64,000 bases of DNA, from the NCBI GenBank assembly GCA_016432285.1, contig CP066682.1, forward strand, positions 188,273-252,272, read 5' to 3'. The DNA is from Candidatus Kaiserbacteria bacterium. GTDB lineage: Bacteria > Patescibacteriota > Minisyncoccia > Phycocordibacterales > UBA2100. The notes beneath the pieces were generated by a model. It made no database searches. It was not told where the DNA came from and saw only the letters and a list, made by a program, of their open reading frames with translations. The position numbers and the translations under genes are program-made. Of the stretch, positions 56,875-64,000 are shown one piece after another; position 1 is the stretch's first letter, and the number at the start of each line of letters is the position of its first letter.

Positions 56875-58008
56875 ATGAAGAAAACAGACGTCGCCAAGAA
56901 AGCGCTCGCGCTGCATAAAAGGCTCGGCGGCAAGATCCGCATCGTTCCCGCGGCGCCGATCCGCACCAAAGAGGAGCTCTCGCTCGTCTACACGCCCGGC
57001 GTCGCCGCCGTCTCGAGCCATGTCGCAAAGCACAAAAAAGACGCGTGCATGTACACCATGAAAGGCCGCAGCGTCGCCGTCATCTCCGACGGCTCCGCCG
57101 TGCTTGGCCTTGGCAACATCGGCGCACTCGGAGCGCTGCCGGTCATGGAAGGAAAGTCGGCGATTTTCAAAACCTTCGCCGACATCGATACGGTGCCGAT
57201 CGTGCTCGATACGCAAGATGCGGACGAGATCGTGGACACGGTGATCCGCATCGCGCCCGCTTTCGGCGGTATCAATCTCGAAGACATCGCCGCGCCGAAA
57301 TGTTTCGAGATCGAGCGGCGCGTCATCGAAGCACTCGACATCCCGGTGATGCACGACGATCAGCACGGTACCGCGATCGTGGTTGTCGCGGGACTCATCA
57401 ATGCCTTCAAAGTGGTCGGCAAACGCATGCAGAGCGCGCGCATCGTGGTTCTCGGCGCGGGCGCCGCCGGCACCGCGACCGCAAAGCTCTTGCACGTGGC
57501 CGGCGCCAAAAAAATTGTGGTGCTCGACAGCAAGGGCATCGTGAATCGAGGGCGGCCCGAGCCGCACAAGCGGGAGCTTGCGAAATTTAATACTGAGGGA
57601 ATCACGGGCGGGCTTGCGGAGGCCCTCACGGGCGCGGACGTGCTCCTTGGCGTCTCAGGTCCGAATCTCGTGAAGGCAGAGGACATCAGGCGCATGAATG
57701 AGAAAGCAATCGTCTTTGCGATGGCCAATCCGATCCCCGAGATCATGCCGGACGAGGCCAAGCGGGGAGGCGCGCTCGTCGTTGGGACCGGCCGCTCGGA
57801 TTTCCCGAATCAGATCAACAACTCGCTCGCTTTCCCGGGCGTCTTTCGCGGCGCGCTCGATCATGGTGTGACGAGAATCACCGACGCCATGAAACTGAAG
57901 GCGGCTCGCGCGATCGCCTCGCTCATCAAAAAGCCGACGGCCACCAAAGTGATCCCCGATATGTTCGACAAACGCGCTCCCAAGGCGGTCGCAAAAGCAA
58001 TACGCTAA
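56875..58008 (+). CDS. NAD(P)-dependent malic enzyme (short form)
   Basis: Malic-enzyme N-terminal and NAD-binding domains (GAGAAG); TGCTATTGT 7 nt upstream of the ATG. Confidence 0.85.
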   Translation: MKKTDVAKKALALHKRLGGKIRIVPAAPIRTKEELSLVYTPGVAAVSSHVAKHKKDACMYTMKGRSVAVISDGSAVLGLGNIGALGALPVMEGKSAIFKTFADIDTVPIVLDTQDADEIVDTVIRIAPAFGGINLEDIAAPKCFEIERRVIEALDIPVMHDDQHGTAIVVVAGLINAFKVVGKRMQSARIVVLGAGAAGTATAKLLHVAGAKKIVVLDSKGIVNRGRPEPHKRELAKFNTEGITGGLAEALTGADVLLGVSGPNLVKAEDIRRMNEKAIVFAMANPIPEIMPDEAKRGGALVVGTGRSDFPNQINNSLAFPGVFRGALDHGVTRITDAMKLKAARAIASLIKKPTATKVIPDMFDKRAPKAVAKAIR

Positions 58009-58070
58009 CCCAGGCTCACAACGCGAACCTTTGATGATATAATGTGGGGACCTCATTCGAAGGTTCACTT

Positions 58071-58736
58071 ATGACACGTTTTCTTGAAAGAGAAAGAGCG
58101 AAGAGCCTACGTGCGGAAGGGAAAAGCTACTCGGAAATCAAGGCGATTTTGGGCGTCAGTAAAAGCACGCTCAGTGAGTGGCTCCACGACCAGCCGCTCT
58201 CCGATAAGCGCATGCGCGAACTCCGCGACTCGAATCCTCGAAGAATAGAGAATTTCAGGCGAACAATGCAAAAGAAGCGGGAGTTTCGGCTACAGACCGC
58301 CTACGAACAAGCAAAATACGACATCGGCCCTCTATCTAAAAGAGATTTATCTATCGCAGGCTTCTATCTCTATTGGGGAGAAGGAATCAAAGCGCAAAGG
58401 GGCACTATTGGCGTCGCAAACACGGACCCTGCCATTATTCGCGCAGTTCTCAAGTGGATGGGATCATTCGGAATCGACAAAAAGGCGATTCGCGTGCGGC
58501 TGCATCTTTATTCCGACATGAATGAAAAAAAGGAAACAGCGTATTGGTCAAAAATGCTGGAAATTGGCACGGATAAATTTCGCAAACCGTATATTAAAAA
58601 ATCTGCGCTCACGGGTCTCACCTATAAGTCAGGGCATGGACACGGAACATGTAATCTTATTGTTGGAAATGTACCAATGTGGGAGTACATTACGATGGCA
58701 TTAAAGTATCTGCGTGAGCAGCACATGCGCCCGTAG
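58071..58736 (+). CDS. helix-turn-helix domain protein of unknown function
   Basis: N-terminal HTH KSYSEIKAILGVSKSTLSEWL; stop codon lies inside the 5' end of the tRNA. Confidence 0.5.
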   Translation: MTRFLERERAKSLRAEGKSYSEIKAILGVSKSTLSEWLHDQPLSDKRMRELRDSNPRRIENFRRTMQKKREFRLQTAYEQAKYDIGPLSKRDLSIAGFYLYWGEGIKAQRGTIGVANTDPAIIRAVLKWMGSFGIDKKAIRVRLHLYSDMNEKKETAYWSKMLEIGTDKFRKPYIKKSALTGLTYKSGHGHGTCNLIVGNVPMWEYITMALKYLREQHMRP

Positions 58737-58798
58737 CTCAAAGGTTAGAGTGACCGGCTTATATCCGGTTGATCCTGGTTCGAGTCCAGGCGGGCGTA
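58727..58798 (+). tRNA. tRNA-Ile with anticodon UAU (reads AUA)
   Basis: Manual cloverleaf: acceptor GCGCCCG/CGGGCGT (G1.U72), D-arm GCTC-AAAGGTTA-GAGT, anticodon stem ACCGG/CCGGT with loop CTTATAT, T-arm CCTGG-TTCGAGT-CCAGG, discriminator A. Confidence 0.75.
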
Positions 58799-58853
58799 CA
58801 AGCGGTGTGGAATAAGGCGTTGCGGCGGCCTGCTCGCGTGCGAGAATGGAGGC

Positions 58854-60515
58854 ATGACGATCACCGCACGCCTTCTGGGGAGCGCCATTGCGGCGCTGCT
58901 TCTGGCGCTGCCGCAGGTAAGCGCCGCCGCGCAGGTAAGCGTGTCGATGGGCCCCGCTTCGTTCGCGCCACCAAACATCACGATTACTTCGGGTGACACG
59001 GTGATGTGGGTCAACTCCTCCGGCGTGGCGCACACCGTTACTGCCGACAACAACAGCTTCGAAAGCGGTGTCTTGCAGCCCGGCTCGAGCTACGTGCAGG
59101 CCTTTACGATCCCCGGCACGTACACGTATCACTGCGCGCTGCATGCTGGCATGACAGGGACAATCACGGTGGTGGGGCAGACAAACTCGCTGCCGACATC
59201 GGAGACGACGGGCAACAATCCGACCGCCGACGCGCTGCGCGCGCAGGCGCAGGCGCTTTTGGAAAAGATCGTGCAGCTCCAGTCGCAGCTCGGCGCGGGC
59301 CAGTCGGGCCAAACGGTGACGACCACGGGCTCTGCGACGCCGCCGACGGTTACCGTCGACTCGAGTTCGTGCCCTCTCATCGGAAGATCGTTGAAGCGCG
59401 GATCGAGCGGGGACGATGTGACGAGGCTTCAGCAGTTTCTCGCGCGCGACAGTGCGATCTATCCGGAAGCGCAGATCACCGGCTACTACGGCGCGCTCAC
59501 GGAAGCGGCGGTGCAGCGGTGGCAGGTGAAATTTAATATCGTTTCTTCGGGCACGCCCGACACGACGGGCTACGGAGTGGTGGGGCCGCGCACGGCGGCC
59601 GCGATCGCGCTCGTGTGTTCCACGATGTCGACATCGGGCGGAGGTGTGAGCACGGTGCCGGGCAGCACCGCAGCCTCTGTCGGCGGGTTCATCCAGGTAA
59701 CCCCGATCGCAGGTCCGGCGCCGCTTTCAGTGCGCGTGGTGGCGACGGTCAACACGGTCAACTCGTGCGCAGGTGCCACCTACACGCTCGATTACGGCGA
59801 CGGCACGGTGCCGGCGCAGATCGTGGTACCGAGCGGCAATTGCCAGCAGCTGATCCAAAATCTCGGCCACACCTACGCATACGGCGGCGTGTACACCATC
59901 ACGCTTTCCGCCGGCGCGCATCGCACCTCGGCGACAGTGACGGTCACGGGCGCACCAGCCGTGGTGCAGGGGCTGCCCGCACAGGCGGATTCGCTTTCCG
60001 GCACTCCCACCTCCGGCAATGCGCCGCTCACCGTGAGCTTCAGCGGCACGATCAACGGCGCGCAGTCGTGCGCCGGCGGCACGTACACGCTCGTCTTCGG
60101 CGACGATCAGAGCGTGCCGCTGCCGTTCGACGCTTCCTCGTGTGCGCCGCGCTCCTTCTCGGTGTCGCATCAGTACGCGCAAGCAGGCACCTACGACGCG
60201 CGCCTGTATCGCGGCGGCGTCGGCGGGGTGGCGGCGGGCGGCGTAATCCGCATCACCGTCAGTCCGCAGACGAGCGGCTTCGGGGCCATGTCGGTCACGC
60301 CGAACTTCCAGGGAGATCCGCTTGCGGTGGAAGCGGAATTCCAAGGCGGATGCCAAACGTTTTCGATCAACTGGGGAGATGGCTCAGGGCCCTCGAGCGG
60401 CAATTGCAGCTCCGGCACGATGACGCGCTCGCACACGTACGCCACCGTCGGATCCTACACCGTAACGCTGACGCGCGGCTCGCAGGTGGATACCGCGGCC
60501 GTCGTCATCCAGTGA
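58854..60515 (+). CDS. secreted multidomain protein: cupredoxin (type-1 copper) domain, peptidoglycan-binding domain and beta-sandwich (PKD-like) repeats
   Basis: Signal peptide; YTYHCALHAGM copper site; RLQQFLARDSAIYPEAQITGYYGALTEAAVQRWQ (PG-binding motif). Confidence 0.65.
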   Translation: MTITARLLGSAIAALLLALPQVSAAAQVSVSMGPASFAPPNITITSGDTVMWVNSSGVAHTVTADNNSFESGVLQPGSSYVQAFTIPGTYTYHCALHAGMTGTITVVGQTNSLPTSETTGNNPTADALRAQAQALLEKIVQLQSQLGAGQSGQTVTTTGSATPPTVTVDSSSCPLIGRSLKRGSSGDDVTRLQQFLARDSAIYPEAQITGYYGALTEAAVQRWQVKFNIVSSGTPDTTGYGVVGPRTAAAIALVCSTMSTSGGGVSTVPGSTAASVGGFIQVTPIAGPAPLSVRVVATVNTVNSCAGATYTLDYGDGTVPAQIVVPSGNCQQLIQNLGHTYAYGGVYTITLSAGAHRTSATVTVTGAPAVVQGLPAQADSLSGTPTSGNAPLTVSFSGTINGAQSCAGGTYTLVFGDDQSVPLPFDASSCAPRSFSVSHQYAQAGTYDARLYRGGVGGVAAGGVIRITVSPQTSGFGAMSVTPNFQGDPLAVEAEFQGGCQTFSINWGDGSGPSSGNCSSGTMTRSHTYATVGSYTVTLTRGSQVDTAAVVIQ

Positions 60516-60516
60516 T

Positions 60517-62688
60517 CTACTCCACGTGGAGATCTTTTTCCGCGCTCGCCGTGCGCGCCAGGAGCGCGGGGTGCGCAGCGAGCGCCGGATCGCTTTTGAT
60601 GAGCAGTAGCGCCTCTTCGCGCGCGGCGCGGATGAGCTTCAGGTTTTTGAGTGCCTCCATGCCAAGATCCGAAACGCCCCACTGCTGTCTGCCGTAGAGA
60701 TCTCCCGCGCCGCGCGCTTCGAGATCCGCTTCGGCGAGCTTGAAGCCGTCGGCACTTTCCGCAAGCGCTTGGAGCCGCTTCGTGGACGCCTCACCCTTGC
60801 TCTCAGGCAGCAAGAAACAGTACGGCGAAAAGCTCGAGCGTTGCACGCGGCCACGGAGCTGGTGCAGCTGCGCGAGGCCGAAGCGCTCCGCGCCTTCGAT
60901 GAGGATGCAGGTGGCGTTCGGCACATTGATGCCCACCTCCACGACCGAGGTGGCCACGAGAATCCGGATCTTATTTTCGTCGAACTGCCGCATCACGTTT
61001 TCTTTCTCTTCCTTTTTCATGGCGCCATGGAGGAGCCCCACGGCATACTCGGGAAAGACGTCTTTCTGCAAACGCTTCGCCTCCGCTTTCGCCGATTTGG
61101 CCTGGAGCGCGCCGATTTTGGCAGGGTCGGGCTCTTCGATGCGCGGACAGATCACGTACGCCTGCCGCCCCTTCCGAAGCTCCTCGCGCACCTTTTCGTA
61201 CGCGATTTCGCGCTCCGTGGGAGCCACGATGTGTGTCGTGATCCGCGCCCGCCCGGGTGGCAGTTCGTCGAGGATCGAAAGATCCAAATCGCCATAGAGG
61301 GTGAGTGCGAGTGTACGGGGGATCGGCGTCGCGGTCATCGAGAGGAAGTGCGGCGCGGAATCGCCCTTACGGGCGAGTGCGCGCCGCTGCTTCGTGCCGA
61401 AGCGGTGCTGCTCGTCGACGATCGCATACGCGAGGTGCTGAAATTTGACGCTCTTTTGAATCAAGGCGTGCGTCCCGACGAGCATGGCAATCTCGCCCCC
61501 CGCCACCCATTTCAAAAGCTGCGCGCGCGAAATGTCCGTCGCCTTGGAGCGCGAGATTTTTGAGGGAAACTTTTTGCAGCCGCTTCCCGTAATGAGCGCG
61601 ATGTTGATCGGGAGGTGGCTGAAGTATTCGATAAAAGAGTTGAAGTGCTGCGTCGCCAGAATTTCCGTCGGCGCCATGTACGCCACCTGGAGCGTGCCCG
61701 ACGTGCGGCCCGGCGGGCGGGAGCAGACGACCGCATAGGCGCTCGCCGCCGCGACGAGCGTCTTGCCGCTCCCCACATCGCCCTCCAAAAGGCGCGCCAT
61801 GGGGTGCGGTTTCTCAAAGTCTGCGAGGATCTCGCGGATCGCTCGCTGTTGCGCGCCGGTCGGCTCCACGTCTTGCGCATCGAGGAATCTCGCAGCGAGT
61901 GCAGCCCCCTCCGCGATGGGGAAAGCCGGCTGCGAGTCGTTGTCGCGGCGCTCGCGCGCCCGCGCTACCTGGATCGAAAAGATCTCCTCAAATGCAAAAC
62001 GTTTCCGGGCCGCTTCCGCGTGCGTCTTTTTTTCCGGCTTGTGGATCCAGACGAGCGCCGAGCCGATGTCGGGAAGATTGTAGCGCTGTCGCACTATCGC
62101 AGGGACCGGATCTTCAATCTGCGCGGCCACACCGGAAGCGAAGACACGTTCGATCGCGTGGAAAAACCAGCGGGAGGTGATGCCGCGGCTTTCGGGGTAG
62201 ACGGGGAAGATGCTCGGACTCTCGCTCGCTTTGTGTTCGTCAAAAAGACCTTCAGCCTGCCCGGCCAGGGGAACCATGCCGGGCGGCAGGTGCTCGATCT
62301 CCGGGTTCGCGATGTACGGCCGATCCTGCTTGCCGCCCACGGTGCCCGTCATTTTTACGGCGCTGCCCTCCTGCACGTAGGAGGCTATGTACGGCTGGTT
62401 GAACCACATCACCTTCACGCGGCCGGAGGCATCCTCAAACACTCCTTCGGTGATGTTGCGGCGGCTTTTCCAGAGCTTTTTTGCCTTGAGTTTGCTGAGG
62501 GTCCCAAAGAGCGTGACCTTGGTGCCGGGGATCAGGTTTTGCACCCGCACCGAGGTGCCCGCCGATTCGTACCTCGTGGGGAAGTGCCGCAGCAGATCTC
62601 CCACCGTATGGAGCGAAAGTCGCCGCAGCGCGCTCAGTTGCGGCGGCGAGAGTCGAAAATGTTGCGAAAGAGGATCGTCAGGCTTCAC
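60517..62688 (-). CDS. recG: ATP-dependent DNA helicase RecG
   Basis: Wedge domain plus SF2 helicase motifs (GSGKT, DEQH); GTG start directly preceded by TATAAT. Confidence 0.9.
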   Translation of the reverse strand: MKPDDPLSQHFRLSPPQLSALRRLSLHTVGDLLRHFPTRYESAGTSVRVQNLIPGTKVTLFGTLSKLKAKKLWKSRRNITEGVFEDASGRVKVMWFNQPYIASYVQEGSAVKMTGTVGGKQDRPYIANPEIEHLPPGMVPLAGQAEGLFDEHKASESPSIFPVYPESRGITSRWFFHAIERVFASGVAAQIEDPVPAIVRQRYNLPDIGSALVWIHKPEKKTHAEAARKRFAFEEIFSIQVARARERRDNDSQPAFPIAEGAALAARFLDAQDVEPTGAQQRAIREILADFEKPHPMARLLEGDVGSGKTLVAAASAYAVVCSRPPGRTSGTLQVAYMAPTEILATQHFNSFIEYFSHLPINIALITGSGCKKFPSKISRSKATDISRAQLLKWVAGGEIAMLVGTHALIQKSVKFQHLAYAIVDEQHRFGTKQRRALARKGDSAPHFLSMTATPIPRTLALTLYGDLDLSILDELPPGRARITTHIVAPTEREIAYEKVREELRKGRQAYVICPRIEEPDPAKIGALQAKSAKAEAKRLQKDVFPEYAVGLLHGAMKKEEKENVMRQFDENKIRILVATSVVEVGINVPNATCILIEGAERFGLAQLHQLRGRVQRSSFSPYCFLLPESKGEASTKRLQALAESADGFKLAEADLEARGAGDLYGRQQWGVSDLGMEALKNLKLIRAAREEALLLIKSDPALAAHPALLARTASAEKDLHVE

Positions 62689-62832
62689 CCCCTCATTATA
62701 TTTGTTTTGTAGGTTTTCTCATTTCGAGCCTTGTTGCGTAGTTATGCACACATGCGCGCCGCGAGGCTTGCAAGCAAAAACACCCTCGGTACTATATTCG
62801 TGTTTGGCCATTAGAAGTCTAGGCAAACGGGT

Positions 62833-62970
62833 ATGTTTAGCGACGATCACGACGAAGAAAAAGATCAATTAAACGATGCGGCGATCGAGGAGGCGCTCGA
62901 CGACACTGAAGACGAAGAAGAGGAGGAGGTCGGCACGTCGGAGGGCGAGGGGGAGGAGCGGTACGAGTAG
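62833..62970 (+). CDS. possible ultra-acidic 45-aa peptide (MFSDDHDEEKDQLNDAAIEEALDDTEDEEEEEVGTSEGEGEERYE)
   Basis: ORF below the track cutoff, read directly; no SD. Confidence 0.25.
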   Translation: MFSDDHDEEKDQLNDAAIEEALDDTEDEEEEEVGTSEGEGEERYE

Positions 62971-62978
62971 GGCGCTCG

Positions 62979-63072
62979 CGGGGAAACCTCTCGCGAGTCC
63001 GGGTTTTTTCTGCTGAAAAAATCCTCGAATCCTCGGCCGCCGCCTGCGGAAGCCTCGCGAGAGGTTTCCCCG
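62979..63072. repeat. 19-bp perfect inverted repeat (CGGGGAAACCTCTCGCGAG / CTCGCGAGAGGTTTCCCCG) with 56-nt spacer containing an A/T palindrome
   Basis: Read directly from the sequence. Confidence 0.5.
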
Positions 63073-63111
63073 CTCGCTTGGAGGTTTAAAAAGAGGATGT
63101 AAAATTACACC

Positions 63112-63447
63112 ATGCATACCGCTCTCCGCTACCTCGGGACTGTCGCCGCGGTGTACCTCACGATCAATCTCGTACCCGGGATCACGGTGACGGGCGGCTG
63201 GATCACCATCCTCTTCGTCGCCCTCGCGTGGTCGGTCATCGTTATGGTCATCAAGCCCGTCCTCTCGATCCTCACGCTCCCGATCACGATCATCACCTTC
63301 GGGCTCTTTTCGCTCGTCTTGAATGCGCTCCTCTTTTACGCCATGACGTACGTCGTCCCGGGCTTTTTTGTCGCCGGGTTCGTGCCCGCACTCCTCGGAG
63401 CGATCGTACTCTCGATCATCTCCTGGCTCGTGCACCAGCTCCTCTAA
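63112..63447 (+). CDS. PF04020-like (phage holin 4_2 / YvlD-type) small membrane protein
   Basis: 111 aa, 4 TM; pattern ...LVPG..V.GGW...L.VAL......K.L....LP..I.T.GLF.L..NAL. Confidence 0.55.
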   Translation: MHTALRYLGTVAAVYLTINLVPGITVTGGWITILFVALAWSVIVMVIKPVLSILTLPITIITFGLFSLVLNALLFYAMTYVVPGFFVAGFVPALLGAIVLSIISWLVHQLL

Positions 63448-63449
63448 AA

Positions 63450-63472
63450 AAATCCCCGCGTGAGGCGGGTGA
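63450..63472 (-). terminator. hairpin with A-run on the plus strand (U-run on the minus strand) downstream of the CDF gene
   Basis: aaaaaatCCCCGCgtgagGCGGGt. Confidence 0.4.
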
Positions 63473-63492
63473 GCAAACGATGAAGCGGCGCG

Positions 63493-64000
63493 CTAGTTGA
63501 CCTCGATGTCGATGTGCCGGATCTGCGGAAAAGCTGCGCGGATCCTGGCCTCAAGGTCGTCGATTTTTTTGCCGATGAGGCGCGGGATGCGGTCGGCGTA
63601 ATCGGCGGAAAACTTTTTGAATGCCTCGAAGTCGTTCTGGATCTCTTCGAACTGCCGCTTGATGCCGCGGCCGCGGTGCGAGGTCCGGAGGAATGCGGCG
63701 CCGTTAAATTCGACTTCGCACTTGATCCGGTATTTGCCGAAGCCGACGGTCGAGGACTTGAAATCGAGCACGCGCTCGATCGCGGGGTCGGACTGGAGGA
63801 GCGCGATGATTTCCTCGCGCACCTCTTCGGGAAGCGCGGCACCGATGAGGTAGGAGCGGTTGCGCATGATGAGCGTGATCGCGACGACCGCGAGCATCGT
63901 TCCGATCACGATCGAGCCGAGGGCATCCCACAGCCCATCGCCGGTGAGGAAGGTGAGTGTGAGCGATCCCGCGGCGATCAGCACGCCGATCACCGCGACC
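63493..64000 (-). CDS. cation diffusion facilitator (CDF) transporter, 3' portion (5' end beyond the window)
   Basis: C-terminal cytoplasmic domain and last TM helices typical of CDF proteins; frame open to the window edge. Confidence 0.7.
   Translation of the reverse strand, partial: VAVIGVLIAAGSLTLTFLTGDGLWDALGSIVIGTMLAVVAITLIMRNRSYLIGAALPEEVREEIIALLQSDPAIERVLDFKSSTVGFGKYRIKCEVEFNGAAFLRTSHRGRGIKRQFEEIQNDFEAFKKFSADYADRIPRLIGKKIDDLEARIRAAFPQIRHIDIEVN

Noticed and set aside
58044-58736. LAGLIDADG homing endonuclease call for the HTH protein next to tRNA-Ile (IAGFYLYWGEG)
   Set aside because: There is only a loose single-motif resemblance, with no second LAGLIDADG motif and wrong spacing. It is kept as an HTH protein of unknown function.
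62869-63435. 188-aa minus-strand ORF rich in D/E/R
   Set aside because: It is antisense to the PF04020-type membrane gene and the structured inverted-repeat region, has low-complexity composition and no start context.

Overview
High-GC (~60%+) bacterial chromosomal window with an unusually fragmented ribosomal-protein cluster, a tmRNA/smpB pair, an SOS cassette and several lineage-specific repeated gene modules.

r-protein cluster and nearby housekeeping genes: tuf at 2486..3685 and rpsJ at 5032..5448 are each monocistronic, with their own promoter and terminator. After a 16-kb gap the cluster resumes as rplC-rplD-rplW-rplB-rpsS-rplV-rpsC-rplP-rpmC-rpsQ-rplN-rplX-rplE, then a break, then rpsN(Z-type)-rpsH-rplF-rplR-rpsE-rplO-secY-gmk-adk-map (21499..33685). 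rpmD (L30) is absent, and infA/rpmJ/rpsM/rpsK/rpsD/rpoA/rplQ do not follow map. Other housekeeping genes are purD, ndk, infC-rpmI-rplT, thrC, lexA-dinB (with a Cheo-type LexA box), ssrA (tmRNA) next to smpB, ftsH, pyrC/pyrB, a malic enzyme, tRNA-Ile(UAU) and recG.

The 16-kb gap between rpsJ and rplC is filled with accessory genes. These include two PP-loop ATP-pyrophosphatases (one AsnB-like), a Na+/solute symporter and small secreted Cys-rich peptides. There is also an OPRTase-like domain fused to a PQQ beta-propeller, cotranscribed with a Cys-rich membrane protein.

The most striking feature is a two-gene module present three times (10283-11741, 17141-18595, 49292-50771). Each copy has a ~85-93 aa TM peptide with a conserved AYADAPY motif, a GWWGG/GWGW motif and a Gly/Asp-rich tail, followed by a paralogous ~390 aa N-terminally anchored protein. 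No homologue is recognised.

Promoters look unusual: a recurrent extended -10 element (consensus TGCTATA[C/G]T, also TGTATAGT/TGCATACT) sits only 6-12 nt upstream of many start codons, implying leaderless or very short-leader mRNAs. Internal r-protein genes have no SD.

No CRISPR, IS or prophage was found. The lineage cannot be named from sequence alone; loss of L30, r-protein terminal extensions and the many small secreted Cys-rich proteins are compatible with an uncultivated, possibly Patescibacteria-like lineage (inference).
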